From: an uncultured delta proteobacterium | Lineage (GTDB): Bacteria > Desulfobacterota > Desulfomonilia > UBA1062 | Length of the DNA stretch: 64,000 nucleotides | NCBI GenBank assembly: GCA_963785235.1 | Contig: CAWAUM010000007.1 | Span: 32,001-96,000 of the forward strand | Reading direction: 5' to 3' | Shown: piece after piece, positions 19,954 to 31,087 of the stretch | How the letters are laid out: every line of letters starts with the position of its first letter | Numbering within the stretch: position 1 is the first letter of the stretch | Translations under genes and position numbers: made by a program | The notes under the pieces: generated by a model | What the model was told of the DNA's origin: nothing | The model's input: the letters and a program-made list of their open reading frames with translations, nothing else | The model's database searches: none

Positions 19954-20625
19954 TTAGAAAGCTGATTCTCTTTTGAAATCCAGGATATTCCAGTTTTTTC
20001 GCAGTGCCTCCTGTCTTAGTCTTCTATCGGGATTTGTTGCAAACGGAAGACCTACTTCATGCAACAGTTCAATATCATAGAATGAATCCGTGTAGAAATA
20101 ACTTTGTACAAGGTCGACCCCGTGGCCTTTTGCCCAGGATAGTGCATAGTCCCTTTTCCCTTTTCCATAGCAAAGAGGTTTGATGAGTTTTCCTGTTAGG
20201 ACGTCGTCTCGTATCTCCACCTGGGATGTGATGATTTCACCTATGCCGAGTGCATCAGCCAGTGGCCTTACAAAAAAAGGCGGTGAGTTTGAGATGACCA
20301 CCAGGCGGTGTCCTTTTGATTGATGATCATGGATACGTTCATGTGCTTCTTTATAGATGCATTTTCTGATCATTGTCTCAAACCATGCCTTTGAGAATTT
20401 ATCCATGTCCGAAAGGCTCAATCCTGCCAGGAGTTCCATGTTTCGCTCATACCATTTATCTATGTTGAGTAGAGACATCCGGTAGAGTCCGATTTTCAGA
20501 ACCCCCAAAAGGAGAAAACCTAAAGGGACTATGCCTTGTTTATAGGCGAACTGCACTGAAGAAAGCCCTGCGTTCTTCCAGGTGATCGTGTGGTCCATAT
20601 CGAATAAAGCTGCTATCTGGCTCAT
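19954..20625 (-). CDS. HAD-IB (SerB-like) hydrolase
   Basis: FDMDHT, CYGKGK, YTDSFYD and NPD motifs. Confidence 0.88.
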   Translation of the reverse strand: MSQIAALFDMDHTITWKNAGLSSVQFAYKQGIVPLGFLLLGVLKIGLYRMSLLNIDKWYERNMELLAGLSLSDMDKFSKAWFETMIRKCIYKEAHERIHDHQSKGHRLVVISNSPPFFVRPLADALGIGEIITSQVEIRDDVLTGKLIKPLCYGKGKRDYALSWAKGHGVDLVQSYFYTDSFYDIELLHEVGLPFATNPDRRLRQEALRKNWNILDFKRESAF

Positions 20626-20667
20626 GTGAGAGATCCTTTTTGAAGATACAGAGTAATAGGGGTAATG

Positions 20668-21981
20668 CTATGATATCTTGGCATGCTGCCTTGTTTCAGA
20701 CCCGATGATATCGAAGACCTTCATGGCCGAGGAAAAACTGATATCACCCGAGCACCCATCACCTTGTACTGTATCCCCAACAAAGTAGAGTCCCTTGATG
20801 GATTCACACACCACATGGGGTCTGTTTGGCCTGGCATGGTTCGGGGTAAGCACGTTCCCGTTCATCACGTCAACAACGAGCCTGCGTTCCTTGATCAGAT
20901 TGGGAAGCAGGTGAGGGAAGAGCAGGGCAATGGTGATCTTCAGTCTCTTTTGGGTTGCCTTAACCACCTCAGGGTCTCCATCAAATCTCCAGGGCAGCAT
21001 GATCCCCCATGTGGAGAGAAACTTTCCCTGAGGGGTGAAGCTCGGGTCAGCGTTTGTCTGGAAACGTGCCCATATAGGTATATCCACACCCAGAATACTC
21101 CCCTTTATGTCGGTTACTGGATAGTTGGTAATAAAGTCGAAACTCAAACATGAGCTGTGTTCTATGCCCTCAGTATATCTCACGAAATCCTGAGAAAAAA
21201 GACCTTTGTCCATAATATCAAACAGTAGTGGCAGGCGAGCAGCGAAGATTATCCGTTTTGTTTCATAAAGTCCCCTATCTGTCCTGACTCCTTTGACCTC
21301 TCCATGTTCAACTATGAGGTCGGTAACCTTTTCATTACTATGGATAAGTCCTTTGGATTCCACATGGAACTGAAGTTTGCGGAAGATCTGAGATGATCCC
21401 CCCACAGGTTCTCCGACACTGACCCCGGCAGTAAGCAACCTCTGAATAAAAGTTATTACCTCGCCTGCACTTACCTTATCCGGGGTCGGGCACATCACTG
21501 AGATCCCCAGTAGAGGCAGGATATCTTCCACCTCCTTGTTTGTGAAATATGTATGATAGAAATCAGCAAGGGTTTTGTCGTACCACTGTGCTGGATCACA
21601 ATGTTTTATCTTCGATAGTAGTCTTAATAAAGCCAGTCTTCCGAAAAAGGAAAGCATGGGCGTCTTCAGGTAGCCCATTACCCCTTCCGGCCTTTCCCAG
21701 AGCTGATTTTTATAAATGAGCTTAGCGTCATTCGACCTTGGCAGAAAGGTGATTTCGTCTCCCAATCGGCAGAAAAGTTGGTTGGCGATGCCCATCTCTG
21801 CAAGGCGATGGGAGTGTGCCCCGTATTCCCATTGGTATCCGTCCTCATCGGAAAAAAAACTGGCCCTTCCACCAATTAGCGAGGCTTGCTCAATAACCAT
21901 AATCTTGAGGCCCGAATGGGCAAGGAGGGCGGCAACACCCATTCCGCCATATCCTGCGCCGATTATGATTGCGTCAAGCAT
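20668..21981 (-). CDS. FAD-dependent oxidoreductase of the phytoene desaturase/amine oxidase superfamily
   Basis: IIGAGYGG, IGGRA and GLYFVGD motifs. Confidence 0.8.
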   Translation of the reverse strand: MLDAIIIGAGYGGMGVAALLAHSGLKIMVIEQASLIGGRASFFSDEDGYQWEYGAHSHRLAEMGIANQLFCRLGDEITFLPRSNDAKLIYKNQLWERPEGVMGYLKTPMLSFFGRLALLRLLSKIKHCDPAQWYDKTLADFYHTYFTNKEVEDILPLLGISVMCPTPDKVSAGEVITFIQRLLTAGVSVGEPVGGSSQIFRKLQFHVESKGLIHSNEKVTDLIVEHGEVKGVRTDRGLYETKRIIFAARLPLLFDIMDKGLFSQDFVRYTEGIEHSSCLSFDFITNYPVTDIKGSILGVDIPIWARFQTNADPSFTPQGKFLSTWGIMLPWRFDGDPEVVKATQKRLKITIALLFPHLLPNLIKERRLVVDVMNGNVLTPNHARPNRPHVVCESIKGLYFVGDTVQGDGCSGDISFSSAMKVFDIIGSETRQHAKIS

Positions 21982-22206
21982 TCACATCACCTTCATCTGA
22001 TAAGAATATATTTTGCTCATCCTGAAGATAGTTCCTTCAGGGTATATACCTTGGACTGTATATTTACAGCATGATTAAGGCTTTGTCCATTTTATGATAA
22101 TGGTGTTTTATCAGACAGCCCCGGTTTGAATCTTTACACGTTCAAGGACTTCGTATTATATGAAGCCCACCTGTTTTCAATAATAAGTATTTTTGAGGCC
22201 ACCTGT

Positions 22207-22743
22207 ATGAGTCAGAGAAGACCTTCATGGGACGAATATTTCATGATGCTTGCAAAGCTTGCAGCCTCCCGTTCCACGTGCCTTTCACGGCCTACCGGTG
22301 CTGTGGTGGTAAAGGACAAGCAGGTGGTTACAACAGGCTACAATGGTTCTCTGCCGGGACAATCCCATTGCATGGATGACGGGATATGTTTTCGGAGGTC
22401 GCTCAAGTGGCCTGAGGCCATGAAGTATGACATGTGCAGATCTGCCCATGCAGAGGCCAATGCCGTCTCTCTGGCAGCAAAGAAGGGGGTAAGCCTCGAA
22501 GGGGCAACCATATATTGCACGCTCGAACCGTGTATAACGTGCTCTAAGCTCATCGTGATGTCAGGTATCACTAGGGTTGTGTATGAGCACTCCTACGATT
22601 CACCCATCCCGGAGCGTGATCAGTATTGGAAGGATGTGCTCGCATTGAGCCGAACATCGGTCGAACAACTCATCATTCATGATGAAACAATGAAGTATGC
22701 AATGCAATTCATGAGTGGTGATACATCAAAGAGGAGGCTTTAG
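22207..22743 (+). CDS. dCMP deaminase (ComEB family)
   Basis: RPSWDEYFM, RSTC, TGYNG, HAEANA and PCITC motifs. Confidence 0.92.
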   Translation: MSQRRPSWDEYFMMLAKLAASRSTCLSRPTGAVVVKDKQVVTTGYNGSLPGQSHCMDDGICFRRSLKWPEAMKYDMCRSAHAEANAVSLAAKKGVSLEGATIYCTLEPCITCSKLIVMSGITRVVYEHSYDSPIPERDQYWKDVLALSRTSVEQLIIHDETMKYAMQFMSGDTSKRRL

Positions 22744-23328
22744 ATGGTATTGGGTGCTGACAGGATCATTCAGATGGTCTGCCAGGGGGTTGAGGTGGAA
22801 GACCATATCACGGGGAAGAATGTTATGAAACCTCTTGTGGAATTTCTCGGCTCAGACCAGATTGACGGTATTGAGGGAACAACCGTGGACTTGCGCCTGG
22901 GTGCGATATACAAACCCGTGGGCAAGGCATGTCTCATGAGAGACAGCCGGGTCACTCCCGAGATTGACAGGATCATGGATATAACCGACACACCCGATGG
23001 GGTGTTCACGATCAAGCCTGGTGATTATCTGCTTTTTCAGACCATTGAGCAGGTCAATCTGCCAGCGAATCTTTTTGCATATATAAGACCGCGCACCACC
23101 CTGATTCGTTCCGGCATACCCCTGGAAACGGCCTTTGTATCCCCCAATTACCAGGGCAGGCTTACCGTGGGCATGAAGCATCAGGGACTCATGGATGTGG
23201 AGATACAGATGGGTTTCCGTATCTTGTGCATCGCATTTTTTCCCATTGAGGGCAATGCAGTGCCATACAGGGGAGTATGGCAGGGTGACAGGGTTTCAAC
23301 CAATGGCAAGGAGGAGAGACCATTTTGA
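22744..23328 (+). CDS. dCTP deaminase/dUTPase superfamily protein with atypical active-site motifs
   Basis: VDLRLG, TIEQVNLP, RTTLIRSG, SPNYQG and YRGVWQG motifs. Confidence 0.75.
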   Translation: MVLGADRIIQMVCQGVEVEDHITGKNVMKPLVEFLGSDQIDGIEGTTVDLRLGAIYKPVGKACLMRDSRVTPEIDRIMDITDTPDGVFTIKPGDYLLFQTIEQVNLPANLFAYIRPRTTLIRSGIPLETAFVSPNYQGRLTVGMKHQGLMDVEIQMGFRILCIAFFPIEGNAVPYRGVWQGDRVSTNGKEERPF

Positions 23329-24056
23329 AGTACTTTAATCGTGAAATGGAGCATATAGAAAAGTGGGGACACATCAGGCAGGGCCTGTTCAGGAACGAGG
23401 AACCCCTGGTTAAGCTTATCGGGGTTACCACCCCCGTAGAAGAAATGACCTCCCAGGATGTAACCATTGAGACTTTGCCGGCCTATACTGCCAGGCAGAG
23501 CCATGAATCGGAAGGTACCCATGAGGACGACCTGCGGCTCAACAAAAAGCTTATCTCCTGGGGCCACCAGACCTGCCTGGAGGCAGTACAGTTTGTGTAC
23601 TATGTGACAGGGGTGTCCAAATCACTGGCCGGCCAGTGGACACGTCATAGGATCGGCATCGGGTGGACCTTCCGATCAACAAGATATGTAAAGGCCAATA
23701 AGAATATGTTCATCTACCCGGCACTGGAATATATCGATTCAGAAGACCAGGTGAAGTCTATTTATCAAGCGTATGAAAAGGAACACAGACATTCCATGGA
23801 TGTCTATGAAGAGCTCCAGAAGCTTGGGGTGCGCAACCAGGAACTGAGAAGGCTCATGCCTGTGGGGTGGTCCACATCGGCATATGTCTATGTCAATGCC
23901 AGGTCATTACGGCATTTCTTCGAGCTTCGCTTGGAAAAGTCTGCCGAATGGGAGATCAGACGTCTGGCATATCTCATGTTCAATGACGTCATGGCAATAG
24001 CCCCTACCTTGTTTGAAGACCTCATCAAAGAAGAAACAGGTTCTTCTGATAAATAG
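23325..24056 (+). CDS. thyX: FAD-dependent thymidylate synthase
   Basis: GHQTCLE, RHR-X8-S-TRY, NARSLRHFFELR and AEWEIR motifs. Confidence 0.9.
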   Translation: MKYFNREMEHIEKWGHIRQGLFRNEEPLVKLIGVTTPVEEMTSQDVTIETLPAYTARQSHESEGTHEDDLRLNKKLISWGHQTCLEAVQFVYYVTGVSKSLAGQWTRHRIGIGWTFRSTRYVKANKNMFIYPALEYIDSEDQVKSIYQAYEKEHRHSMDVYEELQKLGVRNQELRRLMPVGWSTSAYVYVNARSLRHFFELRLEKSAEWEIRRLAYLMFNDVMAIAPTLFEDLIKEETGSSDK

Positions 24057-24090
24057 TCCGACTGAGCCGCCGGGAAAGGGATAGAGATGG

Positions 24091-24846
24091 ATGAAAGGAA
24101 AATGCGAGCCGAATAAGGATGAGACGTTCGATCTCTTATCGTGTTGCAACCTGTCCATCCTCCAGAAGAAAAAAGGTTACCGGTATTCGCTAGATTCATA
24201 TCTTCTCGGGGCCTTTGTAGATGAGGCACCAGGAACAGAGGTCATCGAGATAGGGTCAGGGTCCGGTGTGGTGTCTATCCTGCTTTCAGCAGTGAAGGGT
24301 CTTCATGTAACCGGCATAGAGATACAGGAAGACCTGGCTGAGATGTCAAAAAGATCCATTGAGCACTCCGGCCTGTCGGATAAGATCAGGATAACCTGCT
24401 GTGATATAAAGGATTATTCCGGACCCAAGGTTGATGTAGTTGTTGCGAATCCCCCATACAGACCCCTTTCCACCGGTAGGATAAACCCGGACAGGTCAAA
24501 GGCAATAGCCAGGCATGAGATCTCTCTGGATCTTGATTTGTTGCTCAAGAAGACGTATGGAATCCTGCGGCCGCTTGGAAGATTATACATCGTGTATCCG
24601 GCATGGAGAGTACCGGATCTCCTGGTTGCCATGCGGAACAGACGGATCGAGCCGAAACAAATGAAGTGTGTGTATACATCCCCGGTAAGGACATGCGAGA
24701 TCTGCCTTGTATGCGGGGTAAAGGGCGGCGGCAAGGAGTTCATCATCGAGAGTCCTCTGATTGTCTATAATCAAGACAACACATACCACCATGACATGGA
24801 GATGGTATTCCAGAGTCTTACCTTACCGAAAAAGCCATTGACCTGA
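24091..24846 (+). CDS. tRNA1(Val) adenine(37)-N6-methyltransferase family
   Basis: GYRYSLDS, EIGSGSG, NPPY and ARHE motifs. Confidence 0.85.
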   Translation: MKGKCEPNKDETFDLLSCCNLSILQKKKGYRYSLDSYLLGAFVDEAPGTEVIEIGSGSGVVSILLSAVKGLHVTGIEIQEDLAEMSKRSIEHSGLSDKIRITCCDIKDYSGPKVDVVVANPPYRPLSTGRINPDRSKAIARHEISLDLDLLLKKTYGILRPLGRLYIVYPAWRVPDLLVAMRNRRIEPKQMKCVYTSPVRTCEICLVCGVKGGGKEFIIESPLIVYNQDNTYHHDMEMVFQSLTLPKKPLT

Positions 24847-24902
24847 ATATAAGATACATGAGAAAGGAATAGCCACTTCGGCAGATAGAGAAAGGATTCA
24901 TA

Positions 24903-26204
24903 ATGAGAGTCGAGATTACTGATGTTGGCGGCACAAAAAGGCAGATGAAGGTGGTTGTCCCTAAAGAGGAAGTGACCACGGTCACGCAGGAGATCTACCA
25001 GGAGATTGCCCAGGGTGTTGCCATAAAAGGATTCAGGAAAGGGAAGGCGCCCAAGCACATTATCAAGATGTACTACCAGGAATACATTAACAATGAGCTC
25101 TCCCGCAAGCTTGTAAGGGAAAAATTCGAAGAGGCAGCGAAAGAACAGAATATCTTTGTCGTGTCGGTCCCTGAGTTTGAGAATGAACCGCCGAAGGAGA
25201 ATGAAGAGTTTGAATTCTCTGCAAAGTTTGATGTGAAACCCGAAGTAGTACCCCAGGTGTATACCGGGTTTGAGTTGAAAAAGCCGAAAGTTGCAGTGGA
25301 AGATAAGAATATTGATGACGTCATTACGAGGTTGTTGGAAACCTATGCCACGGTTAAGGATGTGGACGACGCTGATTTTGAAGTAAAGAATGGTGATTAT
25401 GCCATTGTTAACATTACCTGCGAGGAAAACGATAAGTTGAACCGGGATAAGATCACGGTTGAAGCGGGTGTTCGCAGTGCCTTCCCAGGGCTTGAGAATG
25501 AGGTGTTGGGGCTTAAGACCGGTGATACGAAAGAGGTAAATATAACCTTCCCTGAAACCCATTTTCTGGAGGATATGAGGGGTAAGCAGGCCTTGCTCAG
25601 AATTCAGGTCCAGGGGATAAAGCAAAAGGAGATGCCGGTATTTGATGACGAGTTCGCCAAGATGGTGCATAAGGATGTAACAAACGTGGACGATCTCAGG
25701 AAGGCCATTGAGAAGGATCTTATAGAGCGACTTGAAGCTGATTCCAGAACATACATTGAGAAACAGCTTTCAGACAAGCTCATGGAGGAAAACCAGTTCG
25801 ATGTTCCTGAGTCAATGGTCAGGTTCCAGGCCATGATGATGCTCCAGGGAATATCCCAGAGGCTTTCATCCCAGGGTGTTAAGTTGCAGGATGTCTATCC
25901 TGATGGCGAAGCCCTCAGGGAAGAGACCATGTCATCCGCAGAGAAGCTTGTGAAGACCACATTGCTCATCGAGGCTATAGCCAAAGCAAATGCCATTGAG
26001 GCAACCGATGAAGATGTGGATAAAGAAATTGCATCATTGGCCGAAAAATACAGTATGACCCCTGATGCAGTTCGAAAGAGCTTCGAAGAGAGGGGAAGTC
26101 TCGAGGAGATGAGATTCGGCATACTGGAGCGCAAAGTGTATGACTATATAATAACAAATTCAACCATCGTAGAGGTGGATAGCATTGAGGAGAAGACCGC
26201 ATGA
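24903..26204 (+). CDS. tig: Trigger factor
   Basis: GFRKGKAP motif; precedes clpP-clpX-lon. Confidence 0.95.
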   Translation: MRVEITDVGGTKRQMKVVVPKEEVTTVTQEIYQEIAQGVAIKGFRKGKAPKHIIKMYYQEYINNELSRKLVREKFEEAAKEQNIFVVSVPEFENEPPKENEEFEFSAKFDVKPEVVPQVYTGFELKKPKVAVEDKNIDDVITRLLETYATVKDVDDADFEVKNGDYAIVNITCEENDKLNRDKITVEAGVRSAFPGLENEVLGLKTGDTKEVNITFPETHFLEDMRGKQALLRIQVQGIKQKEMPVFDDEFAKMVHKDVTNVDDLRKAIEKDLIERLEADSRTYIEKQLSDKLMEENQFDVPESMVRFQAMMMLQGISQRLSSQGVKLQDVYPDGEALREETMSSAEKLVKTTLLIEAIAKANAIEATDEDVDKEIASLAEKYSMTPDAVRKSFEERGSLEEMRFGILERKVYDYIITNSTIVEVDSIEEKTA

Positions 26205-26827
26205 CACTGGTTCCCATTGTAGTGGAGCAGACAAGCCGTGGGGAGCGCTCCTATGACATCTATTCCCGGTTGCTCAAGGACAGGATTGTCATGCTTGGAA
26301 CAGAGATCAATGACGATATTGCCAACCTTCTTGTGGCACAATTCCTCTTTCTGGAATCCGAAGACCCTGACAAGGATATCTTTTTCTACATCAACTCGCC
26401 AGGAGGATCGGTGACTGCAGGATTGGCGGTTTATGATACTATACAGTACATCAAATCAAAGGTGAGCACTATCTGCATTGGGCAGGCGGCTTCAATGGCC
26501 GCGGTGCTTCTTGCAGCAGGAGAGAACGGCATGCGCTATTCGTTGCCGCATTCGCGTATCCTGATCCATCAGCCTCTGGGTGGCGCCCAGGGGCAGGTAA
26601 CGGATGTGAATATCCAGGTCGCCGAGATGTTGCGTCTCAAGGATGCCCTCACCAAGATCTTGTCAAAGCATACCGGTCAGCCTATAGATAAGATAGCAAC
26701 CGATACGGAACGCGACTTTTTCATGGATGCGACAGAAGCACAGAAGTATGGTATAATAGATCACGTCATCTTCAAGAGACCCACCAAGGAGAAAGAAGGG
26801 GAGAAGGCGGATGCCAAAAATAAATGA
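26201..26827 (+). CDS. clpP: ATP-dependent Clp protease proteolytic subunit
   Basis: [19 protein letters not shown] and IHQP motifs. Confidence 0.97.
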   Translation: MTLVPIVVEQTSRGERSYDIYSRLLKDRIVMLGTEINDDIANLLVAQFLFLESEDPDKDIFFYINSPGGSVTAGLAVYDTIQYIKSKVSTICIGQAASMAAVLLAAGENGMRYSLPHSRILIHQPLGGAQGQVTDVNIQVAEMLRLKDALTKILSKHTGQPIDKIATDTERDFFMDATEAQKYGIIDHVIFKRPTKEKEGEKADAKNK

Positions 26828-28064
26828 TCACTACAGGCCCGGGCTGAGGTGCTCGTTCTGTGGAAAATCACAGGAAGAAGTCCGGAAGCTTATCGCGGGT
26901 CCTGATGTATACATCTGCGACGAATGCATCGCCCTGTGCAACGAGATCCTTGCTGAAGAGGAGGGTGAGTACCGGCATTTCAGCACATCATCAAGTATCC
27001 CCAAACCTTCTGAAATAAAAGAGGTTCTCGATGAGTATGTCATCGGCCAGGAGATGACAAAGCGTATCCTGTCCGTTGCGGTTCATAACCATTATAAACG
27101 GATAGAATCGAATACCAATATCGGAGGGGTGGAGATAAGCAAGAGTAACATAATGCTCATCGGCCCCACTGGAAGCGGTAAGACCCTGCTTGCACAGACA
27201 CTGGCCAAGATCCTTGATGTCCCCTTCACCATTGCAGATGCCACCACCCTTACCGAGGCGGGATATGTCGGGGAGGATGTGGAAAACATCATAGTGAACC
27301 TCCTCCAGAATGCTGATTATGATGTGGAGCGTACCCAGAAGGGCATCGTTTATATAGATGAAATCGACAAGATTGCCTCAAGGGGCGATAACCCATCCAT
27401 AACCAGAGATGTATCCGGCGAGGGTGTGCAGCAGGCCCTGCTCAAGATGATTGAGGGCACCATGGCCTCGATCCCACCCAAAGGTGGGCGTAAGCATCCC
27501 CAGCAGGAGTTCATCCAGATCGACACTTCCAATATCCTCTTTATCTGCGGAGGGGCATTCATCAGCCTGGATAAGATAATTTCCCAGAGACTGGACAAGA
27601 AGACTATCGGTTTTGTTGCCGAGATCGCAGGAAAGAAAGAGCACGACATAGGCGAGATACTGAAGAACGTCCAACCGGAAGACCTTATTAAATTCGGAAT
27701 GATTCCCGAGTTTATCGGCCGCATGCCTGTGGTTTCAACGCTCCATGAACTCGACGAAGATGCCCTTATTATTATCCTCACCGAGCCCAAGAACGCACTT
27801 GTGAAGCAGTACCAGGCTCTGTTGAAGCTCGAAGGGGTGGACCTTACCTTTACCAAAGACGCACTGAAGGCAGTAGCTACCGAGGCCATGAAGCGCAAAT
27901 CCGGCGCGAGGGGCCTGAGATCTATCATGGAAGGGATCATGCTCGACATAATGTATGATATCCCGGACATGGAAGGGGTCAAAGAATGCATCATCAGCCA
28001 GGATGTAGTGCTCAAAGGTAAACCACCTATCATTGTGTACGAGAGGAAAACCTCTCAGGCATAA
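26811..28064 (+). CDS. clpX: Clp protease ATP-binding subunit ClpX
   Basis: CSFC...CDEC zinc finger, [14 protein letters not shown] and IGF loop. Confidence 0.97.
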   Translation: MPKINDHYRPGLRCSFCGKSQEEVRKLIAGPDVYICDECIALCNEILAEEEGEYRHFSTSSSIPKPSEIKEVLDEYVIGQEMTKRILSVAVHNHYKRIESNTNIGGVEISKSNIMLIGPTGSGKTLLAQTLAKILDVPFTIADATTLTEAGYVGEDVENIIVNLLQNADYDVERTQKGIVYIDEIDKIASRGDNPSITRDVSGEGVQQALLKMIEGTMASIPPKGGRKHPQQEFIQIDTSNILFICGGAFISLDKIISQRLDKKTIGFVAEIAGKKEHDIGEILKNVQPEDLIKFGMIPEFIGRMPVVSTLHELDEDALIIILTEPKNALVKQYQALLKLEGVDLTFTKDALKAVATEAMKRKSGARGLRSIMEGIMLDIMYDIPDMEGVKECIISQDVVLKGKPPIIVYERKTSQA

Positions 28065-28076
28065 AATTTATGATAT

Positions 28077-30386
28077 ATGAAGATTGAGGCATCTGAGCAT
28101 GTCTTTGCAATCCTGTCCCTGAAGGACATCGTTGTATTCCCTCATACGATCATTCCGCTGTTCATTGAGAATGCAAAGACGGTTAAGACAGTGAATGCAG
28201 CCTATGAGGATAAGGAGGAAATCCTTGTCTGCTGTCGAAGGCCGCATGTCCTTGAAGGGCCTCAACAGGATAACATTTTCCCTGTTGGAGTCTCTTCCGA
28301 AATTCTCCAATTGCTTGCGCTCCCCAACGGCTCCATTAAGGTGTTTATCGAGGGAAAGAGCCGTTGGCACATCAAGAATATCCTTTCTGATCAAGATCAG
28401 CTTCTTGCCGCTACAGAACAGTTTGTCGATTTTATTGCCGATGAACAAGAGGCGGAGGCCCTCAGGCGGCTGGTAGTTGAATCATTCAAGGAATATTGTG
28501 AGCTATACAATATTGATATCCCTTCCGAAGTGGTTAAAAAATTGGAATGCCAGGATGATCCCGGCATGGTCAGTGATATTGTGGTTTCTTATACGACCAT
28601 CAAGACTGAGAAAAAACAGGAAATTCTGGAAAATAATCACATCGAATCCCGGCTGGAGAAGGTCTATGAATACCTTTGCTCAGAGATTGATATAGCCAAA
28701 ATCCAATCGAGAAGGATAGAGCAGTCAAGGCAGAAGACCTCTACCACCAAAAGGGCCTCAGTTTTCGACCAGATGCAACCACAGCGAATTCCCATGGAGA
28801 ACATCGAAGATGAGTTGTCCATCCTGGAAAAACAACTCAGAAGTAAGAACATGCCTTCCCATGCCAGGGAGAAGGCCTTTGTCGAGTTGAAGCGGTTACG
28901 CATGATGCCACCAATGAGTGCCGAGGCAACGGTAATAAGAAATTATATTGACTGGTTTCTCGTGTTGCCATGGAATGAGATGAGCGAGGATAAGAAAGAT
29001 ATCGCATTTGCACAGCAGATTCTGGATGAAGACCACTATGGCCTGAACAAGGTGAAGGAACGTATTCTGGAATACCTCGCTGTTCAACAGATGGTGGGCA
29101 CAACGAGAGGGCCCATTCTGTGCCTGGTCGGGCCACCGGGGGTAGGCAAGACATCTTTGGGTAAGTCCATTGCCAGGGCTGTAGCGAGAAAATTTGTGCG
29201 GGTCTCTTTGGGAGGCGTTCGGGACGAAGCAGAGATAAAGGGGCACAGGCGTACATACATTGGTGCAATGCCCGGGAAGATCATTCAAGGCATCAGGCGC
29301 GCAGGGACATCAAATCCGGTGTTCCTCCTGGATGAAGTGGACAAGATGAGCACTGATTTCAGGGGCGACCCGTCTGCTGCCCTCCTGGAGGCCCTTGATC
29401 CGGAACAGAACAACGCATTTAACGATCATTACATGGATGCTGATTACGACGTTTCAAGGGTTATGTTCATTACTACTGCCAATACCACATATACCATACC
29501 TGCTCCACTGCTCGACCGGATGGAACTTATCCAGCTTGAGGGGTATACATCGTATGATAAGCTCAAGATAGGTGCCGGACATATAGTTCCGAAACAGCTT
29601 AAACTTCACGGCCTGGATGAAAGATGTATTCATTTTTCTCCCAGTGCCATTAAAACCATCATTCAGGAATACACCCGCGAGGCAGGGGTAAGGAGCATGG
29701 AGAAAGAGATATCCTCAGTATGCAGAAAGATCGTAAGGGGGATCGTCTCGGGCGGTACCAGGAAACAGATAAAGATTACCAGTAAAAAGGTTCATGATCT
29801 CTTGGGAGTACCTCGCTTCCGACGGCCCATCTATGAAAAGAAGGATTATGTCGGGGTGGTGAACGGTCTTGCCTGGACCGAGGCAGGCGGGGTGCTTCTC
29901 AGGGTGGAGACAACAGTTATGCCGGGCAAGGGCAAACTATTGCTCACGGGCAAGATGGGCGATGTCATGCAGGAATCCGCCCAGGCAGGCATGAGCTATG
30001 TACGGTCCAGGTCTCATGAGCTTGGACTTGATAAGAATTTTTATCAGACTATAGATATCCATATCCATATTCCAGAGGGTGCAATACCAAAGGACGGTCC
30101 ATCCGCGGGCGTTACCATGGCCACATCAATTATTTCCGCCTTGACCGGGAGAAGCGTCAAAAATCAGCTTGCCATGACAGGCGAGCTGACGCTGGGCGGC
30201 AAAGTCCTGCCTGTAGGCGGCCTTAAGGAAAAACTGCTGGCCGCTAAAGAGGCAGGAATAGAGATTGTTATCATCCCTGTGGAGAATGAGAAGGACCTGC
30301 ACGAGACCCCAAAGGATATTTTGCATGGAATGCAGGTCGATCTTGTTGAACACATGGACCAGATAATCGCATGTGCCCTTAACTGA
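28077..30386 (+). CDS. lon: Lon protease
   Basis: [22 protein letters not shown] and GGLKEK motifs. Confidence 0.96.
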   Translation: MKIEASEHVFAILSLKDIVVFPHTIIPLFIENAKTVKTVNAAYEDKEEILVCCRRPHVLEGPQQDNIFPVGVSSEILQLLALPNGSIKVFIEGKSRWHIKNILSDQDQLLAATEQFVDFIADEQEAEALRRLVVESFKEYCELYNIDIPSEVVKKLECQDDPGMVSDIVVSYTTIKTEKKQEILENNHIESRLEKVYEYLCSEIDIAKIQSRRIEQSRQKTSTTKRASVFDQMQPQRIPMENIEDELSILEKQLRSKNMPSHAREKAFVELKRLRMMPPMSAEATVIRNYIDWFLVLPWNEMSEDKKDIAFAQQILDEDHYGLNKVKERILEYLAVQQMVGTTRGPILCLVGPPGVGKTSLGKSIARAVARKFVRVSLGGVRDEAEIKGHRRTYIGAMPGKIIQGIRRAGTSNPVFLLDEVDKMSTDFRGDPSAALLEALDPEQNNAFNDHYMDADYDVSRVMFITTANTTYTIPAPLLDRMELIQLEGYTSYDKLKIGAGHIVPKQLKLHGLDERCIHFSPSAIKTIIQEYTREAGVRSMEKEISSVCRKIVRGIVSGGTRKQIKITSKKVHDLLGVPRFRRPIYEKKDYVGVVNGLAWTEAGGVLLRVETTVMPGKGKLLLTGKMGDVMQESAQAGMSYVRSRSHELGLDKNFYQTIDIHIHIPEGAIPKDGPSAGVTMATSIISALTGRSVKNQLAMTGELTLGGKVLPVGGLKEKLLAAKEAGIEIVIIPVENEKDLHETPKDILHGMQVDLVEHMDQIIACALN

Positions 30387-30390
30387 GCTA

Positions 30391-30419
30391 TTGACAGGCT
30401 TTATAAATGTTGTTAGTTT
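30391..30419 (+). promoter_or_regulatory. sigma70 promoter upstream of HU
   Basis: TTGACA-N17-TAGTTT with an extended TG. Confidence 0.6.
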
Positions 30420-30470
30420 TCGTGTTCACTGGGGCATGGGAAAACAAATACCATTTATAGGAGGAATGCT

Positions 30471-30746
30471 TTGACTAAGACAGAATTGATATCCGTTGTG
30501 GCAAACAAGGCGGGGATCCCCAAGGCAGCTGCTGAGAAGGCAATAAATGCAACAACAGAGGCCATCCAGACTGCACTTAAAAAAGGGGATAAGGTTACGT
30601 TGGTTGGTTTTGGTACGTTTGATGTTGCTATCAGGGCTGCACGGCAGGGAGTGAATCCCAGAACAAGAGAGACAATAAAGATCAAGGCTTCAAAGGCACC
30701 TCGTTTCAGGCCTGGCAAGGCGTTCAAGGAAGTCGTTAACAAGTAG
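30471..30746 (+). CDS. hup: DNA-binding protein HU (TTG start)
   Basis: MTKTELI, GFGTF and GVNPRT motifs; AGGAGG RBS. Confidence 0.95.
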   Translation: MTKTELISVVANKAGIPKAAAEKAINATTEAIQTALKKGDKVTLVGFGTFDVAIRAARQGVNPRTRETIKIKASKAPRFRPGKAFKEVVNK

Positions 30747-30769
30747 TTCTTTCTGATTAAAAAGAATCA

Positions 30770-30845
30770 GGGCGGGTAGCTCAGCCGGGAGAGCGTCGGC
30801 CTTACAAGCCGAATGTCGCAGGTTCAATCCCTGTCCCGCCTACCA
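30770..30845 (+). tRNA. tRNA-Val(TAC)
   Basis: Cloverleaf with anticodon arm TCGGC-CTTACAA-GCCGA, GTTCAATC T-loop and encoded CCA. Confidence 0.95.
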
Positions 30846-30859
30846 TAGTGTTGAAGTTA

Positions 30860-30935
30860 GGGGGCGTAGTTAAGTGGTTATAACGCCGGCCTGTCACGCC
30901 GGAGGTCGCGAGTTCAAGTCTCGTCGCTCCCGCCA
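30860..30935 (+). tRNA. tRNA-Asp(GTC)
   Basis: Anticodon arm CCGGC-CTGTCAC-GCCGG, GTTCAAGT T-loop and encoded CCA. Confidence 0.95.
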
Positions 30936-30940
30936 AAAGT

Positions 30941-30983
30941 AGTCTATACCTCACTCTTGTGAGGTATAGACTTTTATTTTTTT
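30941..30983 (+). terminator. Rho-independent terminator after the tRNAs
   Basis: AGTCTATACCTCAC-TCTT-GTGAGGTATAGACT followed by a T-rich tract. Confidence 0.85.
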
Positions 30984-31087
30984 CTTGATTAAAATTAATC
31001 ATGCGACCTTTCAATTCACTAAATATTTTAAAGAGAATCATCCTGCCATGTTATGACGACAAGACCGCATAGGTTAAGAAGGCTGAC

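Noticed and set aside
30770-31087. tRNA genes as an integration site for an island
   Set aside because: No integrase or duplicated tRNA 3' end was seen, and the flanking genes are housekeeping.
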